Source: Vitrella brassicaformis CCMP3155 (Eukaryota; Protista; Chromerida). From it: a stretch of 64,000 nt of DNA. The notes beneath the pieces are model-generated. The model did no database searches. It worked only from the letters and a program-made list of their open reading frames with translations, and had not been told where the DNA came from. A program made the position numbers and the translations under genes. This document shows positions 50,963 through 63,639 of the stretch, piece after piece. Numbering within the stretch: position 1 is the stretch's first letter; each line of letters begins with the position of its first letter. The stretch spans positions 1-64,000 of the forward strand of contig CDMY01000349.1 of NCBI GenBank assembly GCA_001179505.1, written 5' to 3'.

Positions 50963-52393
50963 ATGCCTGTCACTGACACTGATCTAGAGTCCGAGGGCCG
51001 GCTGCCGCTGACTCACCCTCCGGAGTCTGCCGAGAGTGACAGCGAACGCGGTCAGGCGTCCTCCCCGCTGGCGTCGTCCTCACTGGGCATGGAGGCCTTC
51101 TCCCTTCGTCGTGATGAGGACGACACCGAGCGCGACCGGTCCCTGTTGTCGACATCTCCCACGTCGAGAGAAGCTACGGCGAGGTGGTTCTACTGGCGAG
51201 GGGGGAAGCTGAGGGTGTCGAGGGCAGCATACCAGATCATGACGGGCATTCTCTTCCACATCCTGCTTATCGTGGTCGTGGAAACGGTCTTCTTCTTCAC
51301 GTGAGTGACTCAGTCACACGTGCAGTCAGTCGCATGCAGATGGCACACAGACGAAGGGTGCGGTGCGACATGGTGCTGTGTGTGTTGCCCTGTTTGTTAA
51401 GGTATGTGACGCGTCAGGAGATGCTGAGCTTTGGTCGGAATATCAACACGACAGGGTACTCTGCCGCCAAGACCAGCGTGGAGGAGCTGCAGCAGACCCC
51501 CACCGGCAAGCAGCTGCTCTGGACGGCTCATGTCGCACTCACAAACCCCAACAAACGCCAGGAAATCGCACAGGTCAGAGACACATTGGCAGGCAGGCAG
51601 GCAGTGCACTCACCGTTGTTCCCAGCCGCCATTGGCTTTCTAATGGATTCTATGTGTGTGTGTTGTGTGCAGGAGATAGTTTTGCAGATCGAGGTGCTGC
51701 GTCGTGCTCGTCTCGTCCTCGAGAATGCACCCATTCCGTGGGAGAAACTCAACATCACCAAGGAAGAGGCTCACGATATGCTCGAGAGTACCCCACCCCG
51801 CACAGAGGGAGGGAGGGGGGAATGCAGCGAAGAGCGCTGGTATGTGTCTCGCGTCTGTGTGTGTGTGTGTGTGTTCAGAGGATGACCAGGCCGCGCAGAA
51901 CGTGATCCAGCTGCTGCACAATGTGACGGCCAGCCACAGCAATGACTTCGATGTGTACCTCCAGAAATACGTCCAGGGCAAACGAGACAAGGGTAAGCAA
52001 CCGGAGACGCAGCAAGGGCAAGGGCAACTGCAGTCAGGAGTTTCTCTGTCTGTCTTTGTGTGTGCAGCAATCGAGCAGCGCCACCGGCGTATGGCTGCCA
52101 ACCGCAGCCTGGTGTTCCGTGCCATCGAGTTCAACGTGTGTGTGGCGTTGCTGGTGCTGGCCTGGGTCTTCGGCACCCCCCTGTATCTCTCAGACGCTCG
52201 CCTCAAAGACCTCCGGTGGAACGCCATCCTCCGCGACAACGCCATACTCATGTTCCTCCTCGCTCTATTCGAGTTCGCCTTCTTTAACTTCTTCGTCTCG
52301 AGGTTCAAAGTGGCCAGCAACGCTGAGACCATTGATGCCCTGGTGGAGACGACGCTCGACTACCTGAAGAATCTGAAAGTCGAGAAACCCTAG
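50963..52393 (+). CDS. Membrane protein with 3-4 TM helices resembling a hypothetical giant-virus (NCLDV) membrane protein family
   Basis: Five exons with GT-AG introns. TM1 ILFHILLIVVVETVFFFTYVTRQE; C-terminal NRSLVFRAIEFNVCVALLVLAWVFG and WNAILRDNAILMFLLALFEFAFFNFFVSRFKV. The coding call is solid; the family assignment is from recalled motif similarity only. Confidence 0.6.
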
Positions 52394-52989
52394 TGGCCAC
52401 AGGCGGTGGGTCGTACGTGTCATGTGGGGGTATGGAATGGAATGGGGGATGTTTTGTCGGAAACGTTGCTTCTTCTGTTACCTACATGGTCGGTGCTGCT
52501 GTTGTTCTGTTGATACGTTCGTTGATTTCCCCCGTGTTGGTTTGTTTGGTCAATACGTTAGTACTAGGTAGGTGATGTGATGTGATGACACGAACAAGAG
52601 CAACAGACAGTGAGTGACTGCTGGCGGCCGGGCCTCCCATGACCTATCTATCTGTGTGTAATTAAAGGAAGGAGACATTTGTCCGCTGGTCGGCTCGTGT
52701 GTGTGGTGAGTCCATCCATGCTGTATACTGACTGTAGCTTGCTGCTGGACAGAAGTCAACTTATGTGACGGACGGACGGACGGACAGCTATGGTCTGCCT
52801 GCTACAACCAATCAACTGGATCAAGTGCGTGTCTCTCATCCATCGATTCATGTCTGTCTTCACACGCGCCGCTAATGCTCGACGGCAGTACGTGCATGTA
52901 CTCATCGATGTATACAGGCGTCCCTACAGACAAAAAGCCCTCGGTGCGAGAGACCTACCATCAGCACTCTCATGCTAGCATCACATTAG

Positions 52990-55900
52990 CTAGCTCCTCA
53001 ATGTGCACACGCCGTTGACCGAATCGCTCTCCAACGTGACAGCCGAAGCGTCGAGCCCCACTGCACTCAGCATCTTGGTCAGCTCCATCAGATCGGTGTT
53101 GTCGAGCTCGTCGAGCCGCTGCAGCAGGTGGGCACCGATGGCACGCATGACGGCCTGCAGGTCGTCAGCAGTCTCAGCTCGGCCGAGTGGATTTGGCCCA
53201 ACCATTGCGCGGCTCATCCTGACACAACACACCCACCGCGCGGATGCATGTAAGTACGTGACATGATGGGTCTGTCTGTCTGTCTGTCTGCCACACCCAC
53301 ACAAGCGTGTTGTGTTGAGTGGTGGACGTCATGTATGTGTGTATGGTTTGTGTATGGTACCATACATACCTGAGAATCTGTTTGGTTGTCCTCCCCTTGA
53401 TGTAGGGCAGGAGCTGACCCCTCACAGCCTTGACAGCCACAGTGTATCGATTCCCCGCCCGCTTTTCACCGAGGCACTCGAGCGCATCGATCAGCTCATC
53501 CAGGGCCACCCAGCTGACGGTAGATCGGCTCACCCGTCCCCAATTGATGGCTTCCCCAGCAGCCGCCAGATGCTCCCACAGTAAATGGTCATCCGCTCCT
53601 GGCCGGCGACAGCCGGGCCCCGTGGCGAAGAACTGCACCAGCGTTGCCCAATCGCGCATTCCCAGCTCGGTGGCCCCACCCTCTGCCGCCGTCAGCCGCT
53701 CAATCGCTGCATGTGCTAAGGCACATCGACGGGCCCCCCAGGCCTCAGTGTCATAGGCACAGAGGTCATCATGTCGCTTGCACGCCAGCGACAGAGCGCC
53801 ACACAGGCGAGCGAGGGTCTTGAGGAAGAAGGCGTCAATCCGTCGAGTCGCCTCGTCAGCCACGGCAGCAAACAGAGATGGGGGCGCCAGGCCCGCGTTG
53901 AGAAAGGCCCAGCAAAGGACGGTCAGGTCGGGGGGAGTGCAGTCTCGCAGAGTCCACATGCTGCTGCTGCTGCTGCTGCCGCGGCGCGAGCCGTCCACGA
54001 GAGCCCCAGCCACCGTGTGGAAGAGACGGTATACATCGGCGCGCTTATCGACATCGGCCGCATTGTCTCTGCTGCCCCTGGCCGGCATGATGAGCTTCGA
54101 TAGCGCCCACATGAGTGCGATGAGGCGACCTGGGGGTAGGGAGGGGAGGGCGGATGCGGAGAGGGTCTCGAGGGCGCTGGCGAGATCCTGGACGAGCAGC
54201 AGCCGCTGGGTGGCCGGAACGAGGGGCTCAGAGGACGCGCGTGGGCGTGCATTAGCGAGTGCATATGTGAGCCGGGAGAGCTGTGCCCCATCAAAGCGGT
54301 CCAGCTGCGAAACCACTCCGGTCACCAACATCCTGATTGACAGACAGACAGACAACACACACAGCAGCAGAGACCGTGAGTGAATTGAATGAGCCAATCA
54401 GGATGTTGTCCCCGCTCACTCGAATATCGGCGTGTCATCAGCCAGGCCGGTCTTGCTTATCACATGGGAAAGGCCGATCAGCTTCTCTGGTGACAGCCTG
54501 ATCGCTCCGTCCCCCTTGATTGCGTCGATGATGCTGGTGTGTGCGATGAGTGGCCGCACCAGAGCGGCCTGCCGCACACCGCTGCCGACAAAGGCCAGGG
54601 CCAGGTCGACCAGCTGGTCGGCAGACGGAGGGGGGAGGAAAGCGTGTGTCGATGGTGATGGCGATGGCGCCAGAAGAATGAGCGTCTGCTCGGCACAGTA
54701 CCTGTGTGTGTTGGGCAGACGGAAATTGCACACACACATCCATGTCATGTCCAATCTCCACCCACCCCTGCTTATTACCTCATTTCCTGTCGGGCCTTCC
54801 ATTTCTGTGAGTGCAGGGCAGGGAGAACACGCGCCGTGCGCACCACCATCGAGAAGTCCTGCACAACAGACACAACAAAGGCAACACTCTCTATCCACTA
54901 ACCCACCCTTCCACCTTGTCTGTCTGTCTGCCCTGGTGGTCCCACTCAGCTAACCTGCACGTTGCCCTGTTCCAGTCTTCGCCGCAACTCGCGCCGCACC
55001 AGCTTCCGTGCTGCCTCGTCCGTCTCGTCACCCTCACACTTGCCCGCCACCAGGGCATCAGCCTGACAGACATATGGAAGAAAGAAGCTTTCGATGATTC
55101 ACATCGCACGCATCATCCCCGCCCCGCCCCGGCCCGTGGCTTCCATCCACCCGTCTTGTCTTCCTTACGATTGCCAGGAGCAGGTCGATGGGTGCCGTCC
55201 GTGTGGGTCTGCTGGATGGAACCGGCCACTTGACGAGCAGGGCCTGCAGAATGAATGACCCGACACGACCCCACAAACGTTAGAGAAACGGCGAGTGCAG
55301 CCAGCCAGCGAGTAGCCCGCAGTCATCGTGCGGGCTCCGTACAGATCCTACTCACCGTGAACAGGGCCTGTCTTGGTTGCACCGCCCTGACGTCGGTCAT
55401 CGCCCACAGCAGGCTGCAGAGAGCCTGGATTGATGCAGCCACGAAGGGTCAACGTCCACTGTCGATGGAAGGTTCGAGGCGCTCTCTCACTCACCTGTGG
55501 CGACATTCGTTTGGCTATCACGTTGAGCCTCATTTTGGACAGGAAGGAGGCAGCTGCAGGTGGGGTGGAGGGGCCGCCCAGCACACATGCAGCAGCGTCC
55601 CTTGAACCAGCTTCACACCACCTGCACACGATACGTCCATCCAGAAAGAGAATCTGATCGCCCTGTCCCGTCCACACATCCGCGTGAATCCACTGCCTCC
55701 CTAACGTACTTACATACCTGAGGCTCTTCTGCAGTGTCTTGTCCATCATATCGTCCCAACTGGCACCCTGCACCCTGCTGTAGGCCGCCAGCATATCCCT
55801 GACCGTCGTCGGTGGAGCCTCATCGAATGACCTTATCACAAAAGGCTCCAGCCACCTGAATGAATGAACAAGGGACAGAGACACCATATATAGGGTGGCG

Positions 55901-58566
55901 TCTCTTCTTCCCCTCTCATGTATGTTGCCGTACCTAAAGCACATGTCCATGCATCTGGGGTCCTCGCTGGCGCTTGTAGCGTCCCGCAGCGAGGTCACAA
56001 GCGTCGCCACATCATGTGCCATCCTCTGCTGGTCGTCGGGCTGTCCGCCCACGCCCAGCCGGTCGGCAATGTTTCGGTGGTCGATCCATGTGGTCACCAG
56101 GTGCATCATCAGCGCAACTCCGTCGGAGAAGGCAGGGACGGATTCTGCAGCAGAGAGCCGGCTAAGCGCCTGCAAAGGCACATACAACAGGGGCGGAAAA
56201 GACCATTCTCATGCCGACCACACTCACGTTGTTTTGTTACCTTTGCTGTTGTTTGGACCAGGCCGACGATTCGTGACGGATCCTGCTGGTCACCGGGTGT
56301 GGCGGGTCCCTCTAGCCAGTAGATGCGGCATAGAGAGGGCGCCAGGGAAGGATGATGCTCAGCAACCGCAGAAAGCGCTGACAAACACCACTGACACAAC
56401 ACACACACACACACAGAGGGAGAGCTCGTCTCTCACTGCATGACTATTCATCTCAATCACACCGGTTCGTTCCACCGACCTCTTCATCTCCTTCTTGGCC
56501 GCCGGCCTGCCGCATGGAGTGCTCCATCAGCACTCGCAATCCCTCAACAGCTCCGCCACCTCTCCCGGCCAGAGCGGCCACATACGACGGCAACAGGGGG
56601 GAGGGAATGGTCCGCAGCGGGTTGCCGTGCGTGGGAATGATGTTTTCCGGTGGGCGGGAGGTGGCTTGGAGGAACGCGGCGAACATGTTGTGGTTGTGGA
56701 ACTCACACAAACGACGGAGGCCAACCGACGCAACATCCTACACACATCCACCAACCCAACACACGAGAGACAGACAGACAGACAGACAGCCTTGCGTCTT
56801 CCGTCCTTTGCTGGGTTCCTTTCGTACCTACCTACCTCCAGCACTGTCTGAGCCTCCTGGGCCAGCGAAGGCACGTCCATCAACAAGCCACACGCCTGGG
56901 CAGCGGCCGACAAATCTTCACACGTGCTCCCGACCTCAAGTGCCCTGCCCGCCCCCCCAGTGTACCGCCGCAGCAACTCGCCAACCAGCGCCTCGCCCTC
57001 TGCTCCTGCTCGCCCGTCACACACCAGCTCCGCAAAGCTTCTCAGCCACTGACCCCAGTCGCGGACAGAGGCGCGGTCGCTGGCAAGATGGGCCCGCGCT
57101 CTCGACGCAATACGCTCCAGCATGCCACATTCGTCCTCCCAATCCCCTCGGATGGCCGCGCGCGTGAAGCTCCACGCGGCCATGGTGGTGTCCGAGGCCG
57201 AGAGCGATGAAAGGAAGGGCATGAGCAGGCCCGCCAGGCGCTCCCAGAGCAGGGCGTCGTGCACATCGGCCCTCACGAAGGCCCACGCCAGGTTGACGGG
57301 GTTGGACGCGCGTCGCTTGAAGGACAGCAGGTGGAACGACGGCAGACTCCCCTTGACAATGGCATCAGCCGCATGCCTCAGCAGCCGCCCGTCGTAGTAC
57401 CCCATTCGCGCACACCCCCACAGCACGACCGTCCAGTCCTCCATCGCCTTGCGAGAGGGGGGAGGAGAGGGAGAGGCAGAGGGGCCATCCAGTGGAAAAC
57501 GCTCACGCAACTGCTGACCCACTCGGACGAAGAGCCTCTGCACAGACGTCTCGGCGCGCCAATGTCCTGGGGATTGCGCCGACTCCATCAGCTTTACCAT
57601 TCCCCACACCAGATTCGCCAGCTCCCGAGACTCGAAATCACTCAAACGTGTGCTTGCCCAGCCAATAATAAAGCGGCCCATAGCCTCCCTCCCTTGGTAT
57701 CGCCCCTTGACGGCCGACAGAAACAGACTCAGAGCCTCCTCCACACGTAGCCTCCCTTCCGCATCATCAGCCAGCCGTTCCGTCTCAACATAGTGGAACA
57801 GCTCGTTCCAGAGAGGGCGCAATCGGCCATCCACCGCATGACCATCCTCCCTGAGACACTCCGCCCCCGACCACAGCAGGTTGGCAAGCCCCACATGCGA
57901 CAGCTCGTGCTTGCGCGGGAGGGACGCCTCAAACACACGCGTGATGATGCGGACATGGCCGGTGGGCTTCAGCCGCGCCAGACTGTGTGCGATAGAGTTG
58001 AGGTTGCGTGCAGGGAAGGAGGATGCCAGCGGAAGGGAGCGGTCCAGGTCATCCAGTAGCCGCAACAGCAAAGGATCGGACCGCTGGAGAGGACTCTGCT
58101 GTGCGCCTGCCAGCTTGGCCCATCTGTGGAGCGCCGTCACCAGATTGACCAAGTTGAAGCCATCAACAGAGGCGTCCACAAGCGCTTCAAGCTCGTCCAG
58201 GGACCGCACTTGTGTGAGCCGCTTGTTGATGCGAAAATTCTCTGCAGTCGTGTTGGACATACGTGTGTCGAAGAGATCTTCAGCATCATCATGATGCAGA
58301 GCCGGCCCACAATCGACGCGCGGATGAAAGTCCAAAAGAGCCGGAGAGCTGGGCGCCAGGCTGACGGGAGGAGAGGCCTGCGGAGGGGCGGTGAGGGCGG
58401 TCGTTGTCACTGCTGCTGGTGCGTGCTGCCGCCGCTGTGCGATGGGAGGGGCGATGAACGTGAGATGCCTCCCGTGACATGATGCAGCACCGAACTGACA
58501 GATCCACACTAGATATAAGACCCACAAGGCATCCTTGTTCTTCTGGAGCCTTGCATGGTGCATCAT
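52990..58566 (-). CDS. Large plastid-targeted helical-repeat RNA-binding protein (OPR/FASTK-like repeats)
   Basis: Hydrophobic N-terminus LWVLYLVWICQFGAASC-HGRHLTFIAPP. INKRL..LDELEALV....FNLVNLVTALHRWAK followed by ~38-aa repeats: FPARNLNSIAHSLARL, FESRELANLVWGMVKL, NPVNLAWAFVRA, FDGAQLSRLTYALAN, CTPPDLTVLCWAFLNA. No clear C-terminal RAP domain. Confidence 0.8.
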
Positions 58567-58788
58567 TCATCCTTTTTCTCGTCCCGCCGAGAGAGCGGTT
58601 TCACGCAATGTCCTAGCCCTCCGCCTCTTAGCTCGCTCGACAAGCCAAGGGAGAAGGCCGGGGCGGCTTCCTCAGGGGTGTCGGCACCCGTTAAGGCGGA
58701 TCTTGGCTTGGCATCGAGCTGGAAGCGGAGGATCTGGGTGGTCACCGTAGCTGAAGATCTTGGTTGGTGAAGGCAGTGGGAGAGGAGG

Positions 58789-61700
58789 ATGCCCGTGGCG
58801 TCTGGGTTTCAACGATGCTGTACTTCATCCGCCGCTTCTTCATCCGCATCTTCGCCGGAGGGACGAGAGTCGGACGGCTGGCCTCACCCACCACGGGATC
58901 ATGATCTGGATGACACAGCCAGTGACACCAGTGCCACCCACGACCTAGGGGATGACCGCTTCGAGGACCCTACCGAGGACATCCTCCATCAGTGGATGGT
59001 GGGTGTCGGCGCCACATCAACGCCAGATGAGAGCGGCGACCGTCCCCACCCCACGAGGCGTTCTCAGACGTCACGCAGCGAGAGCTCCTCGTCCCCGTTC
59101 TCCTCTCTGGCCCACCGGGGTGATGATGAGCGTGCGGAGCGTGACATCGAGACGGAGCGGCAGAAGATGAAGCTGACGGCAGAGGGCGGGGCGTCTGGTG
59201 CACCGGCCGTCATCAAGGGATACGACGCCGTCATGCACAAGATCGCCTTGCTGCTCAACGAGGAGGTGAGGTGGGTCAGCCCGCAGAGACAGACCACAGG
59301 GAAGGAGGCAGGCCAGGCCGCTTGGACACGTGTGGTTTGTGTGCATGGGTGTGCCATGCCGTCCGTGTATGTGATGTGTGCCTATCTATCAGGATAGCAA
59401 GGACGTGACTCTTTGCGTCAAGGATCCTGAGCATGGCCACGTCACTCGGTTCCGCGCCCACCGCCTCCTGCTCGAGGCGCAGAGTGACTTCTTCCGGGCG
59501 CTGTTCCGCCCCGGCTTCATGGAGCAGCACAGCGATGAACTGACGCTAAGCGAGATGAAGGCTGATACATTCGCTGCATTTCTCAAGGTAGGTAGCTAGG
59601 TCGACACACAGATAAACACACGAGCAGGGAACATGGAAGGGATTCATTCTGTGTGTGCGGTTGTTTGTTTGTTTGTGTCTGTCTGCAGTTCATCTACAGC
59701 GGCGAAGTCAGCGTTTCAGCAGACAATGTGTGGCACCTCGTGGAGGTCAGTCAGCTTGAGCAGATAGATGGCCAGCCAGCCATGTGTTGCCATGCATGGC
59801 CATGACACCCACCCACATACAGCATGTGCTGTGTGGTTGTGTCTGTCTGTCTGTCAGGTTGGCCATCGGTACACAGTGTTTTCGTTGGTGGAGTGCTGCT
59901 GCCAGTGGCTGCAGGGCCACGTGCCCCTCACCAGCGCCAACCTAGTCCCCACACTCAGCCTCGCTGTCCGATTCAGACTCACCACCCTCATCGAGGTACG
60001 TACGTACGGAAGGGCCGCCTCGCCGACTGACTGATCACTCCAGCCGCTACGCTACACACGCCATCTTGCCATTCCCTCGTGTGTGTGCTGTGCAGGACTG
60101 CCTGGATCACCTCAACGGCCACAGCGAGGTGTTTGAGTCGAGGCTGTCTCAGCCCGGCCCCCACAACCACCCCTCAGGACGCCTTCACCGATCGCAGAGC
60201 AGCCGCGACCGCCAGCCCTCAGCCAGCAGCAGCTCCTCCTCTGCCTCCGTCACTGTGGGCGGGCTCTACGGCTTCGTGCACCACAGCAGCAGGGGGGCCA
60301 ACGAGCGTGGCTACCAGCCGTCCCCGCTGCTGTCGTGTCCGCGCCACATCCTGGAGGAGATCGCCATCAGCGACCGCATCTGCATCGCCGAGGATCGGCT
60401 GCTGACGCTGCTGATCGAGTGGAGCTGCAAGCGCCTCACCGCCAGGCAGACCCGCAGACGGGGCAGCAAGACCTGCCACGGCAAGAGGTGCCAGTGCGCG
60501 ACGCCCGTCTTGCAGGCCCTCCTCTGGCGCGACTATCTGCTGCCGTCCACCGACCGCATCAACGCCAGCGCCAGAGCAGCAGCCGGGCAGCCCGAACAAG
60601 ATGATGAGAGCCGATCTGTGTCGTCAACCCAGTCTGACAGCACCAGTGGGGGTGCGGAGCTGTCCCGGCAGATGCTGGCGGTCTTGGATGGGGGCAGCGA
60701 CAACGATGAGGAGGCCGATGACACACAGGAGGATGACGGGCTGGGGGAGGGCGACATGGTCGCCAGTGGGACCCTCAGGCGGCTGCTCAGATGGTGGCGA
60801 CGTCGGCAGAGGGACCGGGATGACGACAGCGTGAGGGACACGACAACAGTGCGGCGGTCGAGACGGCGTGACGCGCGTCGTTCCACCACGGACCAGCCTA
60901 GCTCCTCATCTTCATCCTCTGCCCGCCCGCCCTCCCCCTCCTGGCCATTCTTCGAGAGGGACCGGTCTGGGCGCTGCATCGGCTGCGACGACCGGCTCGA
61001 TGGCGACCGGGCGACATGGCTCTTGTGCGAGCACTGCGCGGTGCCGGCGGTCAACGTGTGTGCGGTGGACCTCGTGAGAGATCTGCAGGATTTCTGGCCT
61101 ACTCTGAGATACACGCAGCTGAGCCCTTACGCCTTCGCCGCTCTGCACCAGCTGGTGCGTCTGGTGTCGATGCACCGCGAGTCGATGCAGCCCCTGGTGC
61201 TTCCACTGTCATCTCCCCCGCTGTCGGGGCATGACGTGGTGCTGGACATGACAGTCGACAAGCGTCGTGTCAACGAGGGGCTCGGCGACGGCCAGCTGCG
61301 TGGCATGCGGCCCACGCGGCCGTTTGTGGCGCTGTGGGACACGACCCCTTACGGCCTGGCCGACTACTCGGTGGGGTGTGCGAACCTCAACACCACAACC
61401 ATGCACCCGGCTGCTGCCGATTTGGGCTGGCTGGACCGTTGGAGCGCGCCCGGCGTGTCCAACATGGCGGCGAAGGAAGACGCAGCAGCTCCGCCATCGA
61501 GTTCCTCCTCATCTCCGTCGCTCCAACCGCCGGCCATGATTCTAGAGCGGCCCCTCACCAGCCCCAGCGACACGCTGCCCACCGCACGGGCAGAGAGCAG
61601 CAGCGCCGCGTCCGTCCCACGCACGTCGTCATCCTCATCCACCGTGCCCACCCTCTCGCCGCCCAACGAGCTGCAGCACGAGACCACACACGACGATCCT

Positions 61701-62986
61701 GCAGCTGGCCAGGGGATGCTTCCGCCCGAGCCACCTGCCGTCATTGTCGATGAGGGGTGCCCCCTGATGTCGCTCCTCGAATCGCTGGGCCATGTGAGGT
61801 CCCCCCTGCCAGAGGGCAGCACTGGCTATGACAGGGGTGACGTCCTGAGAGCCATCAAGCCTCCTCAGGCTCACGGAGGCGAGAGCAGCAGCAGCAGCAG
61901 CAGCAGCAGCCACAGCCCGGGAGGGGACGGCGTGTGCTGTTGGGGCCAGCAGTGTCCGGCGGGGGAGCGGGCGTCGGGCGGCGGCCTGACGTGGCAGCTT
62001 GACCACGAATCGGATGGCGCAGCTGAGCATGGTCACCACAAGGGCGAGGGGAGCGTGGCGGTCCATCCAGCTGGTGCTGGTGAGAGGAGCCTTGTGTGGC
62101 GTGACGCCAACCGCAGTGCCGGCTTCATTGCCGGGGCTCTCGACGCCGCAACCAGGGTGTTCAACGGTATGCAAGGAGTAGAAGGACACACAAAGGGCAT
62201 GCCATGCCGCCCTAATGCATTTCTTTCTTTGCGTTGCTTGCGTGTGTATGCCATCCATCCATCCATCCATCCAGGGTCCTCCCCTGTGCCATGTGTGTGC
62301 ATGCGTCCGCGATTCACCGTGATACGCTTCCGCTACAAGATGGGCTTCTTCGTCCGCCTGCCCCCGACGGTTAGACACGAATTAGACAGTGCACAGCACA
62401 GCTGTGTGTGCATGTTTACTGTGCGCGTGAATGTGATTGATGTGCGTCGCGTCAGGACCTGGACGGTCGCGATGAGGCTGTGCTGGGCGATGGTGTGGAC
62501 CCCGAGGCCCTGGGCGAGCAGTCCATCACCTCAAGTATGCGCACGGTGGCCTGGCGGGTCAGGATTATCCAAAGCGCCCCGCACCAGAAGATCTTCATCG
62601 GAGTCCTCTCGCGCGGCGGCAAAATCGCCAGCCAGGAGTGGCTCAAGGTCACACACACACACAGTCCTGTGTTTGTGTATTCATGGGTGTGTTGTGTTGT
62701 GTTGTGTTGTTTTGTGTGTTCAGGGGTCGGCCAAGGTGGCGGTGCGCCGTGGGTGTGAGTTCCGTGTGGTGTTTGACGTCAACTCACGGTTTCTTCTCGT
62801 CTTCAACCAGCGGAGGCTGCTCGAGGCCAAACAGGTATGTGTGTATGGGTCGACAACCACACACAACACGGCCATGTGATTGCATCTGTTTGTGTGTAGG
62901 TGCCGAGCTACTACATGAACGACGAGCGTACGGCGTGGCCGTTTGTGCGGTCGTCGGGCGGGTCTGTCAGATTCACATCAGCTTGA
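58789..62986 (+). CDS. BTB/POZ-BACK protein with C-terminal SPRY-like domain (probable Cul3 adaptor)
   Basis: BTB: SKDVTLCVK..FRAHRLLLEAQSDFFRALFRPGFMEQHSDELTLSEMKADTFAAFLK|FIYSGEV. BACK-like LEEIAISDRICIAEDRLLTLLIEWS. C-terminal AWRVRII....KIFIGVL..EFRVVFDVNSRFLLV..AWPFV. Confidence 0.85.
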
Positions 62987-63639
62987 ATGAATGGAATGAC
63001 CGCCTGTGTGGTGTGGTGGCTGGGCTGGATGGGCGTGGCGTCTCTTTGTGTGTGTTGGGAGTGGGTGGGTCGGTGGATTGGATGAGTGGGCTGGGCTGGG
63101 CGTGTGGGCTCCCCCTTTCTTTTTCCCGAAGAGAAGAGCGATGTGTGCGTGGAGTGACGTGGATGTGTGTGTGAGTCAGTTGGATTGGATGGATGTGTTG
63201 ATTCCTGCTACTGATTGGATTGCATGTCGGTCCGGTGGGTGGGTGGAATGGCTGTGTGGGTGTGTGGTTCCTTTATTTATTTATCCAAAGCGTACGTACA
63301 TGCGTGGCGTGGGTGTGTGTCTGTGGGTTCTGTGGGTGTGCATGTCATGTGGTGCGAGAGCGGTGTACGGTACGTTGGTATCTGTCATGAATGCATTTTA
63401 TCTGACTGTCGATTATTTCAGTGAGGGGGTGGATGGGGGTGGGTGAGAACGAGTATATGGATGGATGGATGGATTAACGGTAGTCAGTATGTAGCGTCCC
63501 GCCTTGCTTGTACGTTTCAACATCCGAAAGATCTCTGAATGTCTGTCTGTCTGTCTGTCTCTGTGGCTGCCTGCACGATGGATGCTTGATGGATGATCGA
63601 GATGGGTGAACGCAAACGGACCAGGAAGTACCATTCTCA

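Noticed and set aside
5218-59800. Recurrent TGCATG/GCATGC (ApiAP2-like) motifs
   Set aside because: They occur throughout introns and UTRs in a TG/CA-rich background. Enrichment cannot be judged without statistics.
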